Below, one piece after another: positions 54,309 through 64,000 of a DNA stretch of 64,000 nucleotides. The DNA lies in NCBI GenBank assembly GCA_951406725.2, contig OX597817.1:142538001-142602000 (forward strand), read 5' to 3'. Below the pieces are notes generated by a model. The model was not told the DNA's origin. It searched no databases and saw only the letters and a program-made list of their open reading frames with translations. The translations under genes and the position numbers were made by a program. The DNA is from Octopus vulgaris (lineage: Eukaryota). How positions within the stretch are numbered: the first letter of the stretch is position 1; each line of letters starts with the position of its first letter.

Positions 54309-54365
<57 letters not shown>

Positions 54366-55994
54366 TACGTGTTTGTTGCTGTCTCCTTGACTTGACATCT
54401 TATGATAGCTGTAAGCGAGTTGTCCCCGTCATGAAAGTGTTGTCCTTCGTTTCTAATCTTCCGCGAAAACATGCCTAACCTTGAGAAAATATAACCTTAG
54501 TTACAACAGGTGACCATTGGCGACAGGAAGGGCATCCGACTGTAGATTATCTGCATTGACATTTTCCGCCCCACCCATTCAAGCATAGAAAAGTGGACTT
54601 CAATACGATGATGATGATGTGTTGCTAAAATGGACTAAAATTAGATTAATTTCTTATCCCCACTCCACCCCCTCTTAAATTTCTTCCAGATTAGAGGAGA
54701 GTTTTCTGATGAAAATTAGTCAACGAAACGTACGACGCAAGTTGTTTTCGTGTGAAATTAACTCAAGAAAAAGAAAAGCCATGGCATTTGCTGCAAATAA
54801 TACCGTTTAAAGATTTTTGCCAGTTGCAACATTATTGTGTGTTTTGCAGCTAAATCCTTAAAATAACTTTGGGTACAGATAAACGTTAGTTCCTAACTCT
54901 GGAAATACATGATTTTCATAATAACTAATACTAACCTGTCAACGATGGCATTATAATTCCTCGCAATATTTTTTATCTTCAAAATGTGATTGTGTATTTC
55001 TGCATTTGTTTATTTCTTATGTCGACTGAATGTGTTTCACGTCGAGAAAATGTCATAGTGAGTTGAAAAACGTTCTTCTCGTTTGATGGATGCGTTTATT
55101 CTGTGCAAGTTGGCAAAGTAACAATTTAAAATATTACATTGACAACAGGTTCCCGATTTAAAATTGCAATCTCTCATCGCAACAGATTGTATGATGTGAA
55201 CATTCCAGTGAGAACAGCTGTATATAGCAGCTAAATTAATCGGATGCCAATATAGGAAGGAAACACGAGAAAGGAAGATTGAATGCGAAGTTAATAATGA
55301 AAAGAGATGCGACGACGCTTCGAACGAAAGAAAGAGAGAGGTGACGAAGGAAAGAAAGATTTGAAATATAAATTAGAGATCTCAAAATTTCCATTGCTAC
55401 TACAAGCAATAGTAATCTTCTGACCATATTTCTCTCATGAATGCTGTACACGTTCAAATGACTTTGAACATCTCTTCTCTGAATTAATTACATTCACACG
55501 GCGCACTTTCAAATACTTCCAATTTGAATATTTGTATTGTTATAAAATTATATTTTGTGTTGTCACATATTTTAAGTATTTCTAAACTGTTCGGCGCATA
55601 TTCTAATATTCAATAGTTTTCTATAAATATTTGTCATTTATTCAATGGCGGAGTGTAAGAAATAAAGCCGATGCGAGTCGTTCTCTAGAAACTCAATAAC
55701 GCGAACGGCAATTCATTGCGTTCACATACATCTCTACTATCTAACACAAAAATATATTCATTTATTCTTTCACCGGTTCTGTTCATTGCATTGAGGCAAT
55801 GCTTCAGCACACTTCGGTTATATCAACTCCAGTACTAAGTCTGATAATTGTTAAGCTTTAATTATCGAATGCTTGACTTCACCAACTGCATTAGACACAT
55901 TTTTGAAGTTAGCCGACCTTACAGATTAAATGTGACAGAGATTTGACTCTTGTTTTGAAGTTTAAACACGCACACGCACGTACACACATACATG

Positions 55995-56045
<51 letters not shown>

Positions 56046-56077
56046 ATTATATACACACACAAATTCCATATATATAC

Positions 56078-56128
<51 letters not shown>

Positions 56129-56700
56129 AATTGCTTTACGTTTAGCCAGTATTTAGGAATTGATGTGCATCGTTATACCTCGAAGGAGAAGACAGCGAAG
56201 AACATTCGTGTATTATACTCAAAATTTCCTTTCAATGGTTTCCAGAGTTAGAAGGAATATTGAGTACATTTACAAATGAAGGGAAAAACAGGCCATCGGT
56301 GTTTTACACTATTTAATTGTGACATCTAACACGTACTTCAGTGGAGATAAAGACCAAATTATATAATCTGGTTGAGATGGGTTTTCTGAGCGAGTAGTTT
56401 TACAAAAAGAATCCAGTTAGTTGATAACTTCAACTCAAGTACTACATCGATACTTTATTGTATCAATACAGAAGGCATGAAAAGCAAAGTAGACTTCACT
56501 GAGATTTGAACTCAAAGCACAATGCACTGGAACAAACAATACAAAGCACTTCGTTTAACCATAACAAGTACAGCAAGTAGCCAATTCTAAATATAGCAAA
56601 ATATAGACCAAGAATGTGTAATAATCCAAAAACTAACAACAGACGGATGCACTTGCTTAACTCCCGGATAGTTATATATAATTATATCTTAATATCGTAT

Positions 56701-57008
56701 TGTTTTTGTTTGTTCCTTCTCAAGCCACGCCTGGCTCATAAGGGTCGGCTTCCCAGTTTCATTGGCGTATAGTTTCCCCACTTAAACGGGACGCCGGTCC
56801 GTCGCAGGTGAGCTGCAAGATGCAGGAGGAAAGAGTGAGAGAAAGTTGTGGCGAAAGAGTCAGCAGAAGTTCGCCATTACTTTCTGCCGGAGTCACCTAG
56901 AGCTTAGGTGTTTCACTCATAAGCACACACATCACCCGGGCTGAGATTCGAACCCTGATCCCTCAAATACGAGTTCGCTGCTCTAACCACTAAGCCATGT
57001 GCCTCCAC
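56701..57008 (-). mobile_element. Family C-headed SINE with a different 3' tail and 10-bp TSD
   Basis: AATATCGTAT on both sides; middle block GAGTGAGAGAAAGTTGTGG shared with family C; tail CTTATGAGCCAGGCGTGGCTTGAGAAGG. Confidence 0.75.
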
Positions 57009-57424
57009 AATATCGTATCAATGACGAGTTATATTTTCTTCAGAATCATTCGAATGCAGAGGCAGTCATCTCGACAAACGTTAGGATATTATTAATTAAA
57101 CTCAAGAGTAAGTTTTGTTGGCAAGAAGGATACAATTTTGTGTTTCTTCTGGAATAGAGTTAAAGAGGCCTGCTTTGTTATAATGTAGTTCCGGGGTCGA
57201 TCCCACTGCGTGCCACAGTAACTGGCCGTCTTCGATCACAGTTCATCGTTGACCAAACATTTGGAATGTAATTTGATAACCGGAAACTGTACACAAGCCC
57301 GTTGCGTAAATAAAAACATACACACTCATGGATAACTTCACCATCATAATCATCATCATATGTGTGTGTGTGTGCATAGATAATCATATGTGTGTATGTG
57401 TGCATAGATACGTATATGTACAAG

Positions 57425-57982
57425 TGAAGGCGCATAGCCTAGTGGTTAGGCTATCGCACTCACGATATCTAGATCGTGGTTTCGACTCCCAAACTGGGCG
57501 ACGCGTTGTGTTCTTGAGCAATGCACTTCATTTCACGTCCCTGAAACAAAGCATAGGGCATTGTGACCAGCGATGTGTAACAGCATCTGATAGTCTGGTT
57601 GGTCACGTGATCACGTGAAGTGACATATATACAAATAAACTCACATATCTACCTACATATATACACCTAGGTAAAGGCGCGTGGCCAAGTGGTTAGGGCA
57701 TTCGGCTCACGATCGTATGGCCATGAGTTCAATTCCTGGCGTCACGTTGTGTCGAGCAAGATACTTTATTTTCACTTTGATCCTGTCTACTCAACTGGCA
57801 AAATTGAGTAGTACCTGGTATTTCAAAGGGCCGGCTTTGTCACACTCTGTGTCACGCTGAATCTCCCCGAGAACTACGTTAAGAGTACACGTGTCTGTGG
57901 AGTGCTCAGTTAATTTCACGAGCAAGCTGTTCCGTTGATCGTATCAGCTAGGACCCTCGTCGTCGTAACCGACGGAGCACTC
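57425..57982 (+). mobile_element. Two consecutive CORE-like tRNA SINEs
   Basis: Heads at 57428 and 57675 (AGTGGTTAGG, GTTTCGACTCC / GTTCAATTCC); the second carries the family C tail. Confidence 0.8.
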
Positions 57983-57993
57983 CTTATATACCT

Positions 57994-58036
<43 letters not shown>

Positions 58037-58144
58037 ATATTGATAAATTCCAACCCAAGCTAAAAAAAACTATAATACTAATACTTAGAGCTACTATTTC
58101 TACTGCTGCGACCACTACCACTAACAACAACAACAACAATACTA

Positions 58145-58490
58145 AAGGTGTCTTTGATTCAATAACACTGTATAAACTCTATACTTGGAATGGCCAATTT
58201 TAAACACTATTGGATTTTACTCATAAGCTATTAGAATCTTATATGTATACCATTCTGCATAAATAATGGATCTACAAATGCAATATCCCTGCATACATCT
58301 ATTTTCATTCCTGTACCGCACTCTCTATTTCGTATCTTATCTAAATTAACTATTGCTTAACCATCTTCTCACACCGTCTCCGATGAAGGGATATAATAAA
58401 TATCCTGGAATCAGGTGCAAGACCGATTTATAAATGTTCTAAAATCTACACAGCCTTCGTATTTTTATCTCATTACGAAAAAAAAATTAT
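58145..58490 (+). mobile_element. Third copy of the Penelope-LTR-like hammerhead repeat (degenerate core), abutting (TA)n
   Basis: GTCT CCGATGA AGGGATAT AATAA ATATCCT GGAAT CAGGTGCA AGAC (58376-58423); downstream CACAGCCTT...TTATCTC matches 32866-32889. Confidence 0.6.
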
Positions 58491-58495
58491 ATATA

Positions 58496-58583
<88 letters not shown>

Positions 58584-58711
58584 AATGACTTGTAGACAAG
58601 TGGTATTTTATTATGCAACCATATACCATAAAGTGTATCAAATGTCTTTATAAGTCAATATCACGTTCTGATGTGCTTTACATTATTTTGTGATGGTTAT
58701 TTCTACAGATA

Positions 58712-58749
<38 letters not shown>

Positions 58750-59648
58750 ATGTTCATCAACTCTTTTCCCAATTCCTGTGGCCAATAAATATTTCTCATT
58801 AGTCAATAATCTACCGAAACATTGAAAATGGGAAACCATGATTATAATCATAAATGTCTCGAAATGATCATTTAGTTTCTATTTTTTAAAAAAGCTTGTA
58901 TACTCCTTACTTCATTACATAGTTACTGAGCATCAGTTATTTTTCGACCATATTTTTTACTTATTTTTTAACCATATACTTCAGTAGTTTTTCGACCATA
59001 TTTTGCAGCTATTTTCCAACCATACTAATCACTGCTACTCTCTATTTTCCCTATGTCTAAAACTCACTTAATTACAACACCATTTTATTTTAGTGCATAC
59101 TTTTCACGACATGCCTTGTAGTTATCGATGCACCCCTGTGGTGTAAAATAAGCCACTCGTTGGAAAAACAATGGTAAAATTATTTGTGCGAGAGAGAAAG
59201 AGAGAAAGAGAGAACGAGAGAGAAATAAAGACAGAGAGACGGGAGAAAGAGAGAGAAAGTCTTGAGGCGAACGACGAAGCAGGAGTTAACGGGGAAATGA
59301 GAATTGTTAATCAAAGAAGGAAAAATATGAATGATGATGGGCAAGATTATTTTGCACAGGCTACAAAGACACAAAAAAAAACGAAAGCTAGAAGATTAAA
59401 CAGAAGCAAGGACAATAGATATTAATTATTTCATAGAAAATAATCAAAGAATTGCCAAGGGTATGACAAGATATTATTACCGTATGGGATGCTCATATCT
59501 AGTACTGTACCACAAAAATGTCGCTGAATTTCTGAGGGTACTACTAGTAAACAAATAATATGGTTTTTAATTAATGTCAACGATAAATATGTTTCTGCTT
59601 GTTTTCCTTAATTCTTCACTAACTTGTCTTTTTATTTTCTCTTCACAG

Positions 59649-59715
59649 AAACAGTCTTGGCTTCTACAAAGGGGGAATTATTTAACACGCTTATAAACAG
59701 ACGATAAATTTGAAG
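59649..59715 (+). other. Candidate 67-nt internal non-coding exon (5' UTR or lncRNA)
   Basis: Branch point CACTAAC (59617-59623), polypyrimidine tract, CACAG acceptor ending 59648, donor AAG|GTATGT at 59716; stop codons in all three frames. Confidence 0.55.
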
Positions 59716-61393
59716 GTATGTACTTTTATAAAACTATATTTGGTATAATTTTGTGTTTGTGAGTATTTGTGTGCGCGTGCGTGTGTGCCTCTGTGTGTGT
59801 GTGTGTGTGTGTGTGTTTGTGTGTCTGTGTGTGTGTGTGTATTCCCATTCATTAAATATTTAGTATTCATTGAGTAAAAATCCGTGTTTATGTGTTGGAA
59901 CTTTAATGTTGAACAGTATTCTATTCGTATTTACGTTGACAAAGTTAGACACGAATTTATCACTTACGAGTTGATAATTTAATAAACTTGTCTCAAAAAT
60001 CGACAAGTAACCTCGTTTCTAACGATAATATTTTTTCCAAGATATCGTGAGCACCACAGAAAACAGCTTCCGGCAAACGGAATCCCCCATCCTGTTTTAA
60101 TTCCTGGCTAAAACGAATTCACTTCAAGTATATCATAAGGAAATAACATTTGGAAATTTTTGAATGCGATAAACATATCGACAATATCCTCAAATATTCT
60201 CTTGTATATCTAAATAATACGGATTTCAAATCATTCTATTTATTATTGTGCATTTTAGCTCTTTGATAACGGATATCTAAAGTAGAAACGCTCCTGGTAG
60301 AAATGTTCCAATGAGCGGAAATCCTGTCTTTTGAACAGCATTTCACATGACTTCTCTGCAATGTGATGCAACGAATGAAGTTTAAAATTTAGTTTAAAAA
60401 CGAATGCAGTTGATCTCCATAAAGAACATACTAACAGGATAGTGAATAAACCTGTAAGTGAATGTTCAAACTAGATAGAAATAGCAGTTAGTGTCCCTCA
60501 ATTCGCACACACTGTTCGGCTTCATGATTTAAAGATAGAATCAGAGATTCAAGTTTTACATAGACAAAAGCACCAAATGATCACGATTAAATTCTGTTTA
60601 TCAACTGTATTTGATCTTGTGTAACCTAGGGCTAAAAACAAATACATAGATTGGTATGAACAAAGGAATGTTATGTGTGAGAATAAGTTAACCCTTTAAC
60701 TGCGAAATTAAACTTCATGCTTATGCCAGTAATGAGGTTAAATATCTACAAAAATATATACAGCCGGTATCTATGTTAGTGAGGCCGACTCAGTAAAAAA
60801 AGAATATAGTTTCTAGCATGACATTTGGTAACAAAAGATAGACTGGTATAAAAAACAGCTTTCTTAGGTTAAAAGTAATGAACTTTGATGATTTCCGTAG
60901 TACAAGGGGTAGAGTATATGGTAACTTGTTATTTTAGCCGTTGTCGACGAGGTTGTCATTTAGACTGATTTAGATCTAAGATAGAATGCGTCCAACCCCG
61001 ATTATTATGTATACTCAACAGGCATATTCAATATGCAGAGCCACCTTCCTTTTGTAAGACAATAGTGGGGGTAAACTGAGGGATATTTGGTTGCTACTTC
61101 TAGCTGAACTATGACCATTTATTTATTGTTTCCTTGGTTCCATAAGATAAGTCTTTACAGAGCGCCATTGACAGTTACATGTGGATGTCGGCCAGAAGCC
61201 ATGACACCTCTTCCATAGTTTAGTCACATGTCATTTAAGCCATTTATGTTCTTCGGATATTTATGGCTATATTGCAATATCTCATTTCGTATACTGTATA
61301 ATGTCGGCGCCTGGAGTCTAACTATGAAATATACTTGCACATACGTACATACAGAAAAGATTAAACACACATATCATATGTATGTACGTAGGT

Positions 61394-61447
<54 letters not shown>

Positions 61448-61574
61448 TTCCATATATATATATATATTATATAAACTTAATTTCTGTCACTTTATCTGTC
61501 TACCTATCTAATTGTTTATCTATATCTTTATATATATACATATGTATATATATATATGTGTGCACGTATGTATG

Positions 61575-61607
<33 letters not shown>

Positions 61608-62417
61608 ATATATATGTATATACATATATATATACACTCACACAGAGTGAGCTAGCTCGATAGATCGGTAGATATATAAATAGACAAATATCTTCCTACA
61701 CACAGACATTCTCAATAATCTCTGATACCCAATGCCATTCACAAAGGCATTGCTTCACCCAAGAACGTAGTTTAGAAAACCCTGCATTCGAATCGGAGAA
61801 CCTAACCGAACAGCCATGCCAATGCAACTAATAGACATAAAATTAAAATGCGCGCGCATGCGTGCAGGCACTGTATGTTGGAAAAGTCAAAGTTTGTTCC
61901 GAACCAGAAGGTCTCGAGATGGATTTCCTTACATGGCATGTTCAGCAAAAGACATTTTCTATTGCCCTGGATCAACTCGTACATTCTGAAGGAAATTGAA
62001 AACATGGAAACTGTATAAAAGCCTGTCCAATGGATTTTACTTGTAATTCAAAAGGATGCAGCTTTGCCACAATGACTCAGTTTTAGGATTATGTTTAATG
62101 GCACACGTTTCTGTGGAATACTCAGCAAGTTACACCTTAGTTTGGGAGGAGGTAATCCAGTTATTCCAATAGCTGAATACTGAACACTGAACGCAGAGAT
62201 CCTTCTACACATACAAACATTTTGGCCGCGTAACGACGCACAGGCTTTTCTCCAGACGAACTGCTTCTTCTTTTTTTTTTACCCTGCTTCCGACAAAGAG
62301 CCATCCTATTTTACATCTAAAGCAGTCACTGAGCTTCAGTCTGATATAGTTACTAAGTATGTCCACTTCACTAACATTGTTTCTTTCCCTGGATTTATTT
62401 GTTGTTGGAATTGCCTA

Positions 62418-62482
<65 letters not shown>

Positions 62483-62605
62483 TTATCTATCTATCTATCA
62501 ATCCAAATAGCTCCCTATATGTATGTATATATATATATAGAGAGAGAGATACATACACATATATATGCACACATGCATGCATAAATATGTATACATAAAT
62601 GTGTT

Positions 62606-62666
<61 letters not shown>

Positions 62667-64000
62667 GTGAGTGTAAGTGTGAATAATGAATGTGTCTATA
62701 TGAGGGTAGTATTAAACTCTTTCGTGACAAGACCGTGAACCAAAACTGAAGCTCACGGAACAGGTCGGTTATAGACACAGTGAAAATACATTTTCAGCCA
62801 TCAATATTAGACAGGATTCAGTTTCTATAAAATATGTAAAACAAAAATAATTGAAACATTGGTCAATATATTTAAAATATTCTTCAGCTCTCTGTATGCT
62901 GTAGCATTTTTTTTTTAGGAAAATCAAATTTCAGCGGGAAAAATGGCCGCCAAGAGAAAAATGGAAAATACAAAATAGAAAGAATTTTTAATGTTTTATC
63001 AAATTGTATGAATTGAGAAAACGAAAAAAATGTGTGTGGTGTGTAATAAATCGTTTCATAAATAGGTTTCTAACTTATAGGAACACTAGATCGATAGAAA
63101 TCAGTTTTATCTGATGAAAATAAGAAAGAGAAACGTATAAAATATAATATCAAAAAAGCTAATCAAACAGCGAAATGGAAATAAATACTAGAGACATTAA
63201 GGACTTTTCCGTCTCTTCTTTTCTTTTCAATATCAATTATTCGCTGAAATCATGAATGTGAATAGAGGTCAGATAAAAGTCATTGATGTAAGTATATAAG
63301 AACCCTCTTATAGATAGATAGACGTGGAACAGCATTGAGAATTAAGTCGATAAAGACAGCGACAACGACGCTGAATAACGATTGAATGGGTAGTGATCCA
63401 TTGGATGGAGAAGGTAGATTCGAACAAATAGAATCGAGGTAGTTTATAATGGTTTATGGGAAAGCATCGGCAATCAATAAAGGTTACAACTACAAAATAT
63501 ATTAAGGGTGGCTGTGAAGATTATGGAAAACCACAAAAAAGAAACAGCGTAAAAGAGATTTTGTTATTGAACTTTCAAATGAGAAATAATTTATATTCAG
63601 CTTTACCATACTTAATTTACATTTCACTAATAGATTTTTGGCTGGCCATAATTACAATTACAATAGTGAATAATGTCGGCAAACAATTTTATTAGGTTTG
63701 TTGAGATACAATTTTATTCAATTCTATAGCGATAATGGTTTCTTTATATTCATATACATTTTATCCTGCATCATGTTTTTTTTTTCTTTTGGTGTTTTGT
63801 TGTATTACTTTTTTTTTGTTTTTCTCTACTCATTTAACCTAATTGAATTTAAAGAAGGCTTCCAGGAAGGCATTAATCCAAGTTATTGATATTATTGGTA
63901 GCAATCTAAAGCAACTGTATCACATGACCCAGTCTTCGTTAACTTAATATTTCTAATGGAGACTACTATTTAACCCTTCGCCTGTCCTGTCCATCACATG

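Noticed and set aside
54700-54740. CTGATGA...GAAACGTA hammerhead-like words
   Set aside because: No stem II or stem I pairing; likely chance.
63105-63142. TTTTAT CTGATGA...GAAACGTA TAAAA hammerhead-like words
   Set aside because: The stem II region is purine-rich and cannot pair; AT-rich coincidence is likely.

Overview
AT-rich, microsatellite-saturated eukaryotic DNA with no intact protein-coding gene. The tRNA-derived SINE families and (TA)n/(TAGA)n/(AAT)n load look like an octopus (coleoid cephalopod) intron or intergenic region; this is my recognition and was not checked. The long ORFs in the track are microsatellite artefacts. Recognisable content: dozens of tRNA-headed SINEs in three groups (one forming 184-bp-period tandem arrays), a deleted mariner with ~210-bp inverted ends, TA-flanked MITEs, a Tx1/L1-type RT relic, R4/Dong-type endonuclease relics in (AAT)n, and a possible Tigger relic. 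Most interesting: (i) several short, unrelated repeat families inside or beside (TA)n tracts carry hammerhead ribozyme motifs, including one apparently intact hammerhead (19794-19876, minus), a variant CUGUUGA-core family, and a tRNA-headed SINE fused to a hammerhead; (ii) four unrelated long fold-back palindromes cluster between (TA)n tracts at 35.1-36.6 kb; (iii) a candidate promoter/first exon (~48.2-48.6 kb) and a well-signalled 67-nt non-coding exon (59649-59715) suggest the 5' end of a plus-strand transcript. All coordinates and pairings were read by eye.
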